Assembly: GCA_030668705.1 (NCBI GenBank)
Contig: DAOVFB010000001.1
Coordinates: 1-60,950 of the forward strand
DNA length: 60,950 bases
Reading direction: 5' to 3'
Origin: Candidatus Stahliibacteriota bacterium
GTDB lineage: Bacteria > Hydrothermota > UBA3072
In this document: positions 9,084 through 19,552 of the stretch, piece after piece
Layout of the letters: the number at the start of each line of letters is the position of its first letter
Numbering within the stretch: position 1 is the stretch's first letter
Notes under the pieces: generated by a model
Told to the model about the DNA's origin: nothing
Databases searched by the model: none
The model's input: only the letters and a program-made list of their open reading frames with translations
Made by a program: the position numbers and the translations under genes

Positions 9084-11159
9084 CTACAGAGACCTCTTCT
9101 CTTCGACCATCTTATAGGTCTCGATAATGTCTCCCTCTTTGATGCTGTCAAACCCTTTTAATTTTATTCCACACTCATACCCTTCTTCAACAACCTTTAC
9201 ATCATTATCGAATCTCTTTAATGATTTTATACTCGTTTTTATTATCTCTTCATCGTTACGTAGCAAAACAGCTATATCTTTATTATGCAGTTCACCTTCC
9301 CGCACATAACATCCGGCTATTATTCCTATAGTTGAACCTGTAAATACCTTTCTTACCTCTGCTTCTCCTGTCTTTACTTCTTCTCTCTTTGGCGCTAATA
9401 GACCGGTCATAGCCAGTTTGATGTCCTCTATTATTTCAAAGATGACATCGTATGTTTTAATTTCTACTCTATGGTTTCTGGATTCTTTTCTTGCCTGAGA
9501 ATTAGGATTTACCTTATAGCCAATGACTATTGCATTTGATGCGGATGCCAGCATCACATCATTCTCTGTTATTGGACCTACTCCAATGTGAATAACATCT
9601 ATTTTAACTTCATCCGTGGAAAGCCCTTCTAAGGAATCAGAGAGAGCCTCAACGCACCCAGCATCGTCTCCTTTAATTACTACTTGGAGTGCTTGAGTTT
9701 TACCTTCTTCTATCTGTAGATAGAGAGATTCAAGGCTTACTGATTGTTTCTGTCCCAGTTCCCTTTTTCTCTCGGTCGATTTCCTTACTTCAGAAAGCGA
9801 ACGTGCAGTTTTCTGATCATTTACCACTCTGAAAGTATCACCAACTGCTGGAAGCTCTTCAAAACGTGCTATCTGCACTGCAGATGAAACCCCTGCAGTA
9901 TCCAGGCGCTTATCATTCTCATCAAGGATCAAACGAACCTTGCCACAGGTAGCCCCGGCAATAAAGGAATCATTAAGTTTTATCTCGCCTTCTTTTATGA
10001 CCACTGTTGCTGCATTTCCAAGACCCTTTCTTATTCTTACTTCAAGAATTGTCCCAAGCCCTGCTCCTTTTGTGGGAGCTTTTAGGTCAATATCTTCCGA
10101 TTGAAGGAGTATGGCATCCAATAGGTCTTCCACACCATGACCGTTCAAAGCAGAAATCTCCATACACAATACTTTCCCACCATACTCCTGGACGAGAATT
10201 CCCTTCTCTGCAAGTTCTGCTCGAACCTTGTCTGGATTGGCTGCAGCAAGGTCAACCTTGTTTATTGCTACTACGATGGGGACTCCTGCTGCCTGGGCAT
10301 GGTCTATAGCCTCCAGAGTTTGAGGCTTAACGCCATCATTTGCAGCAACTACAAGTACGACTATATCTGTAACATTAGCTCCCCGTGCTCTCATTGCAGT
10401 AAACGCTTCATGTCCGGGAGTATCAATGAAGGTTATCATATGGTTGTTATATTTAATATGATATGCGCCGATCTTTTGAGTGATACCTCCTGATTCTTGA
10501 GCTGCGACCCTTGTCTTTCTTATGTGATCAAGAAGGGTGGTTTTCCCATGGTCTACGTGTCCCATTATTGTAACAATAGGTGGTCTTTTTTTAATCTCGT
10601 AGCGCTTTTCTTCAAGTTCCGGAGTTTCATACCCTTCAGATAAACAAGCGGTGAAATTGAATTCATCTGCTATTAGTGAAGCGGTATCGAAATTCAATCG
10701 CTGGTTTATTGTAACCTGCATCCCAAGGCGTAGACAGGCGCCTATTATTTCATTTGGGCGAACGTCCATAAGTTCGCCAAGTTCGGATACGGATGTACCT
10801 TCCCCTATGGTTATAATATTTTCTTCTTTTGTTTCTTCTTTCTTTTCTCTCTTCTTGTATCTTTTCTTCTTGCCTATACCTTCAAGTTGAGCAACAACCT
10901 GTTTGACCTTCTTCTTAGCCTTTATTTTTTTCTCTTTTTTAGTTTCTTCTTTTTTTTCTAATTTTTCCTTCTTTTCTTCTTTCTCTCCCTTCGGAAGTTT
11001 CTTCTTAATGTGAAGAGCTTCTTCGTTGGAAAGAGTGCTCATATGAGATTTAACCTTAATTCCTTCATTTAGTAGAAAGCGTATGATATCCTTACTTGGG
11101 ATACCCAGTTCTTCTGCTAATTTATATACCCTGATGCGTTCCTCTTCCTTTTTAGGCAT
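9084..11159 (-). CDS. infB: Translation initiation factor IF-2
   Basis: 691 aa with a K/E-rich N-terminus and G-domain motifs [17 protein letters not shown] and NKVD. Confidence 0.97.
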   Translation of the reverse strand: MPKKEEERIRVYKLAEELGIPSKDIIRFLLNEGIKVKSHMSTLSNEEALHIKKKLPKGEKEEKKEKLEKKEETKKEKKIKAKKKVKQVVAQLEGIGKKKRYKKREKKEETKEENIITIGEGTSVSELGELMDVRPNEIIGACLRLGMQVTINQRLNFDTASLIADEFNFTACLSEGYETPELEEKRYEIKKRPPIVTIMGHVDHGKTTLLDHIRKTRVAAQESGGITQKIGAYHIKYNNHMITFIDTPGHEAFTAMRARGANVTDIVVLVVAANDGVKPQTLEAIDHAQAAGVPIVVAINKVDLAAANPDKVRAELAEKGILVQEYGGKVLCMEISALNGHGVEDLLDAILLQSEDIDLKAPTKGAGLGTILEVRIRKGLGNAATVVIKEGEIKLNDSFIAGATCGKVRLILDENDKRLDTAGVSSAVQIARFEELPAVGDTFRVVNDQKTARSLSEVRKSTERKRELGQKQSVSLESLYLQIEEGKTQALQVVIKGDDAGCVEALSDSLEGLSTDEVKIDVIHIGVGPITENDVMLASASNAIVIGYKVNPNSQARKESRNHRVEIKTYDVIFEIIEDIKLAMTGLLAPKREEVKTGEAEVRKVFTGSTIGIIAGCYVREGELHNKDIAVLLRNDEEIIKTSIKSLKRFDNDVKVVEEGYECGIKLKGFDSIKEGDIIETYKMVEEKRSL

Positions 11160-12438
11160 TGGTTTGGTCCGAACTCATTACTTTATGGATGGCTGTGTAA
11201 ATCTTATCCACACTTTTACTTCCCAGTCCTTTTGCTTCCATCAATTCTTCCTTGCTGTGGGACATTATATCCTGAGCATTTTTATAGCCTGCGTCTTTGA
11301 GCAGTTTCTTTATGTGACTACTAATTGACAGTTTTCCTACCTTGATTTTCTTTCTTCGATTGGATTCTTTGTTCTTGTGGTATTCACTGCGACCCTTTAT
11401 TTCTATATCAAGACCGGTAAGCGCTACAGCAAGAGATACATTTTCACCTACCTTACCAATGGCTCCTGTTAACTCGTCATCCGGAACTATACAGAGAACC
11501 TTTTTGCTATCCAGCATTTCAGCTTCAACTACTTCAACGGGAGAGAGCGCTTCTGCTGCATACTTTGCTTTATCCTTTTTCCACCTTACGACATCGACAC
11601 GTTCGCCGGCGAGTTCTCTGACAATGGATTGAATTCTGTTGCCTCTGTGGCCTACACATGAACCAACGGCATCTATCTTCTCGTTAGTTGAATAAACGGC
11701 TATCTTTGTCCGTTGGCCCGGGTTCCTTGCGATACCTTTTATATTTACTTCTGAATGTAGTATTTCAGGTATCTCAAACTCAAGTAACTGAGTCACAAAA
11801 TCCGGGTCAATCCGCGTGAGATACACCACGGGTCCTTTTATGCGGACTCTTTCCTCATCACCTTCTTTTGGTCGTTCGGTTACCTCTTTTATTATGGCCT
11901 TAATAGGACTTCCCTTACGCAATTTTTCCTCAGGTATTTGCTCTTCTCTTGACAGAAATGCTTCAGTATTTCCTATTTTGATATACGCTCCTGTGGAATA
12001 GATTCTTGAGACTGTTCCACTTACCAATTCACCTACTTTAGTCTTATATTTTTCATACAATATTTCTTTTTCATTTGTTTTAATCTTTTGAATGAGAGTG
12101 TTCTTTACGACGGTAATTGCATTTCTGCCGAATCTTTCTATGGGGAGTTCCTCTTTGAAAGTAGCCCCTGCCTCAATCGTTGGCTTGAACCTTCGGGCCT
12201 CGGATAGGGAGATCTCTTTGTATGGGTCTTCAACTTTTTTAACAACTTTCTTTATCCTGAAGAGTGTTATCTTACCTGAAGCCTCTGAGATTTCACATTC
12301 CAGGTCTTCCTCCAGCCCATATTCTTTCCTTGCTGCAGTGATGATGCTCTCCTTTAGAGTCTCAAGCACAAATTCCTTTTTCAGGTCTCGCTCAATCGCA
12401 AGTTCTGAGAGCATTGCGACAATTCCTCTGTCAATCAT
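11152..12438 (-). CDS. nusA: Transcription termination/antitermination factor NusA
   Basis: 428 aa with S1 and tandem KH domain blocks and a C-terminal HhH-like tail. It overlaps the infB start. Confidence 0.95.
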   Translation of the reverse strand: MIDRGIVAMLSELAIERDLKKEFVLETLKESIITAARKEYGLEEDLECEISEASGKITLFRIKKVVKKVEDPYKEISLSEARRFKPTIEAGATFKEELPIERFGRNAITVVKNTLIQKIKTNEKEILYEKYKTKVGELVSGTVSRIYSTGAYIKIGNTEAFLSREEQIPEEKLRKGSPIKAIIKEVTERPKEGDEERVRIKGPVVYLTRIDPDFVTQLLEFEIPEILHSEVNIKGIARNPGQRTKIAVYSTNEKIDAVGSCVGHRGNRIQSIVRELAGERVDVVRWKKDKAKYAAEALSPVEVVEAEMLDSKKVLCIVPDDELTGAIGKVGENVSLAVALTGLDIEIKGRSEYHKNKESNRRKKIKVGKLSISSHIKKLLKDAGYKNAQDIMSHSKEELMEAKGLGSKSVDKIYTAIHKVMSSDQTNA

Positions 12439-12698
12439 TTTACCTTCTCTTCGATAATTCCGGGGGAGGAAACTTCAAGGCGATATGGCTCGGGCATAAA
12501 GCCATCAACATCGAGCTGTACTGATAGTTCTTTTGATATTCTGGCGCAATCGTCTATTGTGATGCCTCCCGTTTTATCAACAAAAACTCTAATGAGTCTG
12601 TTTTTTACTTCTAGTTTCTTGAGTATAAATCCTTCATCGAATCCGTGAAGGATTGTTTCGAGCATTTCTTTTATTTTATCTTCTATAGATTTTCCCAT
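12435..12698 (-). CDS. rimP: Ribosome maturation factor RimP, N-terminal domain only (87 aa)
   Basis: It sits immediately upstream of nusA with an ATGA overlap. The RLEVSSPGI signature is present, but the ORF stops 8 aa later, so the C-terminal Sm-like domain is absent. Confidence 0.7.
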   Translation of the reverse strand: MGKSIEDKIKEMLETILHGFDEGFILKKLEVKNRLIRVFVDKTGGITIDDCARISKELSVQLDVDGFMPEPYRLEVSSPGIIEEKVK

Positions 12699-14371
12699 AA
12701 TCTATTAACCACCTCTTTTGCTATTTTTTGGGGAACCTCTTCAGCCTCTCCAGTTTTTCTATTTTTTATCTCTATTATTCCCTTTTCTAACCCCTTGCTC
12801 CCTATTATTATCTGTAAAGGTATACCTATTAAATCAGCATCATTAAACTTGTATCCTGCTCTTACCTTCCTATCATCATAGAGAACTTCATAATCTTTTC
12901 CTAATAATCTATATAAATCTTCAGCTAGTGCAACCCCTTTTGAATCTGATGCATTGAGATTTAGTATAAGTAGATGATATGGAGTGATTTCCTTGGGCCA
13001 AATAATTCCTCTTTCATCGTGGGATTGTTCTATTGCTGCAGCCATTATCCTCTCCAGCCCTATTCCATAACTCCCCATAACTATAGGTTTTTCTTTTCCA
13101 TTCTCATCGAGATAAAATGCTCCTAATGAGGATGAATATTTCGTTCCCAGTTTGAAGATATGCCCCAATTCAATTACATTCCTCCAGGAAAGCTCCGTAT
13201 GACATTCAGGGCATAAATCTCCTTTTTCAGGTATTCTTATATCCACGAAATCCTTGATATCCATGTCTCTTTCCGGGTTAATTCCTTTTAAATGGTAATC
13301 ATCTTCATTGGCTCCACTTACCAGGCCTTTTATTCCTTTAATGGATAAATCAGCATAAACCGGGTAATTTGATCCAATAGGACTCACGTATCCTATGGAG
13401 GCTCCAACTAATTTTTTTACTTCTTCTTCAGATGCTATTCTTATTTCTTCAAATTCTCTTTTTAGTTTTTCTTCGTTTATTTCATAATCCCCTCTTATGA
13501 CTATCCAAATTGGTTTATCATCTTTCATATAGAGGAGACTCTTCATTAATTGGGTTGGGGGTAGACCCAGAAAACGGGAAATTTCATTCACGCTACCCGG
13601 AACTGGTGTATGAATCTTTTCCAGTTCACCATCCTTGAAGTTTGCCTTGCTTGGGAGCGTCGATATGGCTTCTATATTGGAAGCGAGTCCACAATTTGGA
13701 CATACAGTAATACGGTCTTCTCCTGAGGGGGAATCTATCATAAATTCCTTTGATTCCGAACCACCCATAATGTCGATTGGAGCCGTAACCTCCGTAGTTG
13801 TGAGTCCGCATAATGAGAATATTCTCCTGTATGCTTCTTCGTGTAGTGAGAAACTCTTATCCAACCCTTTCCTATCCCTGTCAAAAGAATAGGAATCTTT
13901 CATAATGAAAGTGCGGGCACGTAGAACTGCTCCTCTCGGCCTGATTTCATCTCTGTATTTTATCTGAATCTGATACCATACCTGTGGTAGAGAACGGTAG
14001 GATCTGATTTCATCTCGGATAACCGTGGTTATTATCTCCTCATGGGTTGGAGCAAGGGCCATTTCACTATTCTTCCTATCAGAGAGGCGGAACATCTCAT
14101 CTCCGTATTCCTCCCATCTTCCTGTTTCTTTCCATATTGAAGATGGGGTAAGCGCTGGCATTAGTAACTCCTGTGCTCCGATTCTGTCCATCTCTTTCGT
14201 TATAATCTCCCGGATTTTCTTAAGGACCCTCCACCCGAGGGGCAAATAGGTATAAATCCCCGCTGCCAGAGGCTTTATGAGACCAGCTCTTAGTAGCAAT
14301 CTATGAGATACGCTCTCTGTTTCTTTTGGTACTTCTTTTTTTGTCGGTATAAACGCTTTACTCCAACGCAC
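12683..14371 (-). CDS. proS: Proline--tRNA ligase (bacterial type with editing insertion)
   Basis: 562 aa with class II aaRS motifs, an INS domain and a C-terminal anticodon-binding domain. GTG start at 14371. Confidence 0.95.
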   Translation of the reverse strand: MRWSKAFIPTKKEVPKETESVSHRLLLRAGLIKPLAAGIYTYLPLGWRVLKKIREIITKEMDRIGAQELLMPALTPSSIWKETGRWEEYGDEMFRLSDRKNSEMALAPTHEEIITTVIRDEIRSYRSLPQVWYQIQIKYRDEIRPRGAVLRARTFIMKDSYSFDRDRKGLDKSFSLHEEAYRRIFSLCGLTTTEVTAPIDIMGGSESKEFMIDSPSGEDRITVCPNCGLASNIEAISTLPSKANFKDGELEKIHTPVPGSVNEISRFLGLPPTQLMKSLLYMKDDKPIWIVIRGDYEINEEKLKREFEEIRIASEEEVKKLVGASIGYVSPIGSNYPVYADLSIKGIKGLVSGANEDDYHLKGINPERDMDIKDFVDIRIPEKGDLCPECHTELSWRNVIELGHIFKLGTKYSSSLGAFYLDENGKEKPIVMGSYGIGLERIMAAAIEQSHDERGIIWPKEITPYHLLILNLNASDSKGVALAEDLYRLLGKDYEVLYDDRKVRAGYKFNDADLIGIPLQIIIGSKGLEKGIIEIKNRKTGEAEEVPQKIAKEVVNRLWENL

Positions 14372-14405
14372 GAAGTATATATAATGTGTTTTTTTGATTA
14401 GTCAA
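14372..14405 (-). promoter_or_regulatory. Sigma70-type promoter abutting the proS GTG start (leaderless layout)
   Basis: On the minus strand: TTGACT (14405-14400), 16-nt spacer, TATATA (14383-14378), 6 nt, then GTG at 14371. Confidence 0.55.
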
Positions 14406-14426
14406 CCACACATTAAAAAACACTTC

Positions 14427-14454
14427 TTGACAAAAGATTTTTTTGCTATATATT
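14427..14454 (+). promoter_or_regulatory. Sigma70-type promoter of the rplM-rpsI... operon
   Basis: TTGACA (14427-14432), 16-nt spacer, TATATT (14449-14454). The leader of about 60 nt ends in AAGGAGAAG before the ATG at 14517. Confidence 0.6.
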
Positions 14455-14516
14455 GATTCAGTAAGAAATAGGTTTGGTTAGATATATATAATTAGTAATG
14501 AAAGAAAGGAGAAGTA

Positions 14517-14951
14517 ATGCGGACATTTTCTCAACGGAAGGAAGATGTGCAGAGGGATTGGTGGATTGTAGATATTAAAGATAAACCCTTGGGTAGGGTT
14601 GCTTCCAGTGTGGCCTCAATTCTTCGGGGTAAACACAAGGTTGATTTTACGCCCCATGTAGATAATGGGGATTTTGTCATTGTGATAAATGCAAATAAAG
14701 TGATGCTAACTGGTAATAAAGAGGAACAGAAGTTATATCGTCATCATAGTGGTTATATTGGTGGACTTAAAGAAGTTCCTTTTTCTAAGAGGATAGAGAA
14801 TGACCCGGAGGGTATTATTATTGATGCGGTTTCTGGAATGTTGCCCAAGAACAAACTGGGAAGAAAGATGATAAAAAAATTAAAGGTGTACAGGGGAGAA
14901 AAGTACCCTCATCAGGCACAGAAACCCAAAAAATTAGAGTTGGGAGGATAA
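14517..14951 (+). CDS. rplM: 50S ribosomal protein L13
   Basis: 144 aa with [22 protein letters not shown] and [16 protein letters not shown] blocks. Confidence 0.97.
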   Translation: MRTFSQRKEDVQRDWWIVDIKDKPLGRVASSVASILRGKHKVDFTPHVDNGDFVIVINANKVMLTGNKEEQKLYRHHSGYIGGLKEVPFSKRIENDPEGIIIDAVSGMLPKNKLGRKMIKKLKVYRGEKYPHQAQKPKKLELGG

Positions 14952-14955
14952 TAGT

Positions 14956-15345
14956 ATGGAAGAGCTTGCTTTGGTTACAGGAAAGAGGAAAGAATCATCA
15001 GCTAGTGTCCGTTTCTATCCTGGTAACGGTCAAATTACGGTTAATAGAAAACCAGTAAAGGATTATTTAAAGGTAGATCGTCTAGTTTATGAGGTAAGGA
15101 AGCCCCTTGAGCGAGTTAACGAGCTTAATAAATATGACATAATTGTTGTCGTAAAGGGTGGGGGTATCTCCGGGCAAGCAGAAGCAATACGGCATGCCGT
15201 TGCAAAAGGACTCGTCCAAATAAACCCTGAATTTAAGAAACCTTTAAAGGACGCGGGTTACTTGACAAGAGATGCACGAGTTAAGGAAAGAAAAAAATAC
15301 GGTCTCAGAAAAGCTCGAAGGGCTTTTCAGCATTCAAAGAGGTAG
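14956..15345 (+). CDS. rpsI: 30S ribosomal protein S9
   Basis: 129 aa with [19 protein letters not shown] and a C-terminal [11 protein letters not shown]. Confidence 0.97.
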   Translation: MEELALVTGKRKESSASVRFYPGNGQITVNRKPVKDYLKVDRLVYEVRKPLERVNELNKYDIIVVVKGGGISGQAEAIRHAVAKGLVQINPEFKKPLKDAGYLTRDARVKERKKYGLRKARRAFQHSKR

Positions 15346-15354
15346 GAGGCGAGA

Positions 15355-16068
15355 GTGGCATTATTGCAATTTAAAGATCTATTAGATGCAAGGGCTCATT
15401 TTGGTCACAGAAAGAGGAATTGGAATCCCAAGATGAAGCCTTATATCTATACAGAGAAGGATGGATTACATATCATTGATCTCCGAAAGTCTGTAGAGCT
15501 ACTACGGGAAGCCTATAGTGTTGTGGCAAATGCAGCTGCGCATGGAGCAGAGTTTCTTTTTATAGGAACGAAAAAACAAGCTGCTGATGTAATTAAAGAT
15601 GCTGCCATCCGTGTGGAGGTCTCCTATGTAAATGAACGCTGGTTAGGGGGAACCCTTACCAATTTTAGGGTTATTAGAAGGAGTATTGATAAGTATAATA
15701 AACTATGTGAGAGAATCGAACATGAGGATTTCCAAGAGCTTTCCAAGAAAGAGCAGATCCGCTTAATAAGAAAACGAGATAAAATGGAACGCCACTTCAA
15801 GGGAATTCAGAGTATGGAAAGAGTCCCGGATTTTCTATATGTTATAGATGTAATAAATGAAGATATTGCTGTTAAAGAAGCTCATCTTCTTGAAATCCCT
15901 GTTGTAGGAATAGTAGATACAAACTCTGATCCTGATTTTGTGGATTACCCCATTCCTGCAAACGATGATGCAATAGAATCAATAAAGTTGATAACCAAGG
16001 TAATTGAAACGGCCATTGTTGAAGGTCGAAGTAGATTGGAAGAAAAGCCTAAGAAATCCAAGGATTAA
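15355..16068 (+). CDS. rpsB: 30S ribosomal protein S2
   Basis: 237 aa with GTG start, HFGHRKRNWNPKM and WLGGTLTNF motifs. Confidence 0.97.
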   Translation: MALLQFKDLLDARAHFGHRKRNWNPKMKPYIYTEKDGLHIIDLRKSVELLREAYSVVANAAAHGAEFLFIGTKKQAADVIKDAAIRVEVSYVNERWLGGTLTNFRVIRRSIDKYNKLCERIEHEDFQELSKKEQIRLIRKRDKMERHFKGIQSMERVPDFLYVIDVINEDIAVKEAHLLEIPVVGIVDTNSDPDFVDYPIPANDDAIESIKLITKVIETAIVEGRSRLEEKPKKSKD

Positions 16069-16148
16069 TTCCTTAATTGGCTCGGTTTGCGTACAAGAAT
16101 CAGATTTTTCCCGTGCTTAGTATTGGAAATTCTTGAATAGGAGGAAAA

Positions 16149-16754
16149 GTGGCTACTGCAAAAGATGTAGATATCGAATGCATAAAGAAACTCAGAGCAA
16201 AGACTAATGCTGGTATTCTTGATTGTAAAAATGCACTTATAGAATCTGGTGGTGATATAGACAGAGCTATTCAAATCTTAAGGGAGAAAGGAATAGCAAA
16301 AGCTTCAAAGAAGATGGGAAGAGAGACTGGAGAAGGCGTTGTCATAGCTTATATCCATCCAGGTGATCAGCTGGGTTCCCTTGTCGAACTCAACTGTGAG
16401 ACCGATTTTGTTGCAAGAACCGATGATTTCAAGGAGTTGGCTAAAGAAATAGCAATGCAAGTTGTAGCTGTGGACCCGATCGCTGTGGATAGAGAGTCTG
16501 TGCCCGAGGATATTATAGGAGAAGAGAGGTCGATCTACGAAGAGCAGGTTAAAAGAATGAATAAACCAGAAGAAGTAGGGAAAAAGATTGTAGAGAATAA
16601 ACTTGAGAAGTTCTATAAAGATGTTGTTCTCATAGAACAGGATTACTTTAGAGATCCAGAGAGAACAATAGGTGATCTAATAAAAGAGAAGATTGCTATA
16701 ATTGGAGAAAATATAGTAGTAAGGCGCTTTGAAAGGTTTCGAGTTGGAGAATAA
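16149..16754 (+). CDS. tsf: Elongation factor Ts (short form)
   Basis: 201 aa with GTG start after AGGAGG, an N-terminal UBA-like KKLRAKTNAGILDCKNAL, and LNCETDFVART. Confidence 0.95.
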   Translation: MATAKDVDIECIKKLRAKTNAGILDCKNALIESGGDIDRAIQILREKGIAKASKKMGRETGEGVVIAYIHPGDQLGSLVELNCETDFVARTDDFKELAKEIAMQVVAVDPIAVDRESVPEDIIGEERSIYEEQVKRMNKPEEVGKKIVENKLEKFYKDVVLIEQDYFRDPERTIGDLIKEKIAIIGENIVVRRFERFRVGE

Positions 16755-17478
16755 ACTGAGTTATGATAGGATCCTTCTCAAGATAAGTGGAGAGTTTTTT
16801 CAGGGAAAAGAGAAGCCGCTCTCTTTTAGATCTTTAGAATCTGTAACTTCCCAGATAAAAAATGTTCATGCAACGGGTGTAAAGCTTGGGGTTGTTGTTG
16901 GAGGAGGGAATATTATCAGGGGCGCAAGAGAATCAAAGGAAACGGATTTGCCACCGGAAGAACTTGATGGATTAGGTATGGAGGCAACCATTTTAAATGG
17001 TGGTGCACTTTCTCTCCATCTGAAAAAGTTTGGTGTCCCCAATACGGTAATTTCTGCCATTCCAGTTTTATCCTCAATAGGAGAACATTATGACAAACAT
17101 AGAGTAGAGTATCTCCTCTCTCTGAACCACGTTTTGATATTTGTTGGGGGCACTGGAAATCCATATTTCACTACAGATACGGCTTCTGTTCTTCGTGCTA
17201 TACAAATGGGTGCTGATGTTCTTTTGAAGGCTACTAACGTTTCCGGTGTTTATGATAAGGACCCAAAAGCTTGTGAAAACGCCCATTTATACCGGAGACT
17301 TACCTACAAAGAGGCATTAGATAAAGGATTAGGTATAATGGATTCGACTGCGTTTTCCATGGCATGGACCAATAATCTTCTTATTGTTGTATTTGATGCT
17401 ACAGTTCCAGGCAATATCGAAAGGGTGGTAAGAGGAGAGGAAGTTGGGACAATTATTGAAGGAGGGACCAATGGATAA
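16729..17478 (+). CDS. pyrH: UMP kinase
   Basis: RILLKISGE, VVGGGNI and GNPYFTTDTA motifs. The start is ambiguous: TTG at 16729 or TTG at 16744, both overlapping the tsf stop. Confidence 0.93.
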   Translation: MKGFELENKLSYDRILLKISGEFFQGKEKPLSFRSLESVTSQIKNVHATGVKLGVVVGGGNIIRGARESKETDLPPEELDGLGMEATILNGGALSLHLKKFGVPNTVISAIPVLSSIGEHYDKHRVEYLLSLNHVLIFVGGTGNPYFTTDTASVLRAIQMGADVLLKATNVSGVYDKDPKACENAHLYRRLTYKEALDKGLGIMDSTAFSMAWTNNLLIVVFDATVPGNIERVVRGEEVGTIIEGGTNG

Positions 17479-18028
17479 AGAGTTAAAAAAGGAGATGGTC
17501 GCCAAGATGGGAAAGACGGTCTCTATTGTTTCTGATGAGTTTTCTGGTGTCAAGACAGGTCGAGCATCTCCCGTGCTTATAGAGAATATAAAGGTTGAAT
17601 GTTATGGCACTAAAACTCCGTTAAACCAGCTTGCTTCGATTGCAACCCCAGAACCGCATCTTATAGTAGTTCACCCATATGATGAGAATGCCATTGGAGC
17701 TATAGAAAAGGCTTTAATGAGTTCCAATCTCGGGTTAAATCCAAACAATGATGGAACGGTTCTTCGTATACCGATTCCCCCTCTAACCGATGAAAGAAGA
17801 GAGGAACTTGGAGCGTTAGTTCATAAGTTAGCGGAGGATGGAAAGGTATCTCTCCGTAATATCAGAAGGGATATTCTAAAAAAGCTTCAGACTATGGATA
17901 GAGATGGAGAAATATCTGAAGACGAAGCAATGAGATATAAAGATCAGGTTCAGGAAGTTACCGATCACTTTACCGAGAAGATTGACAATCTTTTGATAAA
18001 GAAGGAAGAAGAGATATTGAATGGATAA
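17471..18028 (+). CDS. frr: Ribosome recycling factor
   Basis: The ATG at 17471 is preceded by GGAGGGA. GRASPVLIENIKVECYG and LRIPIPPLTDERREEL motifs are present. The ORF is open from 17444. Confidence 0.95.
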   Translation: MDKELKKEMVAKMGKTVSIVSDEFSGVKTGRASPVLIENIKVECYGTKTPLNQLASIATPEPHLIVVHPYDENAIGAIEKALMSSNLGLNPNNDGTVLRIPIPPLTDERREELGALVHKLAEDGKVSLRNIRRDILKKLQTMDRDGEISEDEAMRYKDQVQEVTDHFTEKIDNLLIKKEEEILNG

Positions 18029-18704
18029 TGTTCCCGCCCATATAGCAATTATAATGGATGGGAATGGTAGATGGGCGAAGAAAAAGGGGCTCACCCGTTT
18101 GCAGGGACATCATGCTGGAGTAAACTCTGTTAGAAGAGTAATTGAGGCAAGCCTTGATTATAAAGTCAAGTACCTGACCTTATATACCTTTTCAACCGAA
18201 AATTGGGATCGTCCAAAGAAAGAGGTGGATGGCTTGATGAGGCTCTTCCCAAGGGTTATAGAGAAAGAGGTCGATAGATTAAAGAATCGCAAAGTCAGGG
18301 TTAGATTCCTGGGAAGGTTCATTAATCTTCCGGATCAAGTAAAGAAGAAGATCCAGTGGATTCAGAATCAGACGGAGAATTTTAAGGCTCTGAACCTCAT
18401 TATAGCTCTTAATTACAGCGGAAGGAAAGAGCTGGTAGATGCTGTAAATAAGGCTGTTCGGGGTGGGAAAGAGATTTGCGAGGATACCTTTAGAGAATTT
18501 CTTTACCTCCCAGATGTGCCGGATCCTGACCTTCTTATACGAACCAGTGGAGAAATACGTATCTCAAACTTTCTACTCTACGAGATTGCATATACAGAGT
18601 TATACTTTACTCCAACCCTCTGGCCCGATTTTGGTAGGAGTGATTTTATAAAAGCAATTAAGTCATACGAGGAAAGGGAAAGACGATTCGGGGCACTAAA
18701 TTGA
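18021..18704 (+). CDS. uppS: Di-trans,poly-cis-undecaprenyl-diphosphate synthase
   Basis: 227 aa with HIAIIMDGNGRWA, LYTFSTENW and IRTSGE.R.SNFLL motifs. Confidence 0.95.
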   Translation: MDNVPAHIAIIMDGNGRWAKKKGLTRLQGHHAGVNSVRRVIEASLDYKVKYLTLYTFSTENWDRPKKEVDGLMRLFPRVIEKEVDRLKNRKVRVRFLGRFINLPDQVKKKIQWIQNQTENFKALNLIIALNYSGRKELVDAVNKAVRGGKEICEDTFREFLYLPDVPDPDLLIRTSGEIRISNFLLYEIAYTELYFTPTLWPDFGRSDFIKAIKSYEERERRFGALN

Positions 18705-19552
18705 ATCTAGTTAGGCGATGGATAACCGCTATCCTATTCATTCCGGCGTTAATTGTTATTGCCTGGGCTGGAGATATATACTTTCTTATTCTTGTTGAAC
18801 TGGGAATATTCCTGGGTGTTTATGAATTCTGTGATATTCTAAGACAGAGAGGGCTTACACCCTATAAATCCCTTGTCATTCTTTCCTCCCTGGTTCTCGG
18901 ACTGAGTGCCTACTCCCAAAGCCATCTCTTTACTGTTCTTACGATAACTATGCTCGTAATTGTTGTGGCGATTGCAGAACTCTGCCGCAGAAAGAAGGAA
19001 GAAGCAATATTTCATCTTTCAGGAACGGTATTCGGTGCTATATATGTAGGATGGTTAATCAGTCATCTTATTCTTCTTATGCAGATGCCAGAAGTGCTCA
19101 AACCTCTTGTTTATACCAATATTTTTAATATACCGATTAGATTGGGTACAAGCCTTGCTCTTCTTCCTTTTGTTCTTACATGGACTAATGATACAACGGC
19201 ATTTTTCACTGGAAGACGTTTTGGCAGGAGGAAGTTATTTCCTTCTATCTCTCCCAATAAGACATGGGAAGGTGTCATAGGAGGAGCAGTGGGAGCAATC
19301 ATTGCTGCATTTATCTATCAGCAGATTTATGCTCCCTATCTTTCATGGTTTGATTGTATGATGTTGGGTGGGGGAACTGCAATCATAGCCCCTATCGGAG
19401 ACCTTGTTGAATCTATGATAAAGAGGGATGTTGAGATAAAGGATGTGTCTACTACTATCCCGGGACATGGGGGATTTCTGGATAGATTTGATAGTCTACT
19501 ATTTACTGCCCCTTTAATCTATTACTATTTACGTTTCTTTGCTGTAAGATGA
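18701..19552 (+). CDS. cdsA: Phosphatidate cytidylyltransferase
   Basis: 283 aa, polytopic, with the C-terminal CTP-transferase signature SMIKRD.EIKD...PGHGGFLDRFDS. Confidence 0.9.
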   Translation: MNLVRRWITAILFIPALIVIAWAGDIYFLILVELGIFLGVYEFCDILRQRGLTPYKSLVILSSLVLGLSAYSQSHLFTVLTITMLVIVVAIAELCRRKKEEAIFHLSGTVFGAIYVGWLISHLILLMQMPEVLKPLVYTNIFNIPIRLGTSLALLPFVLTWTNDTTAFFTGRRFGRRKLFPSISPNKTWEGVIGGAVGAIIAAFIYQQIYAPYLSWFDCMMLGGGTAIIAPIGDLVESMIKRDVEIKDVSTTIPGHGGFLDRFDSLLFTAPLIYYYLRFFAVR

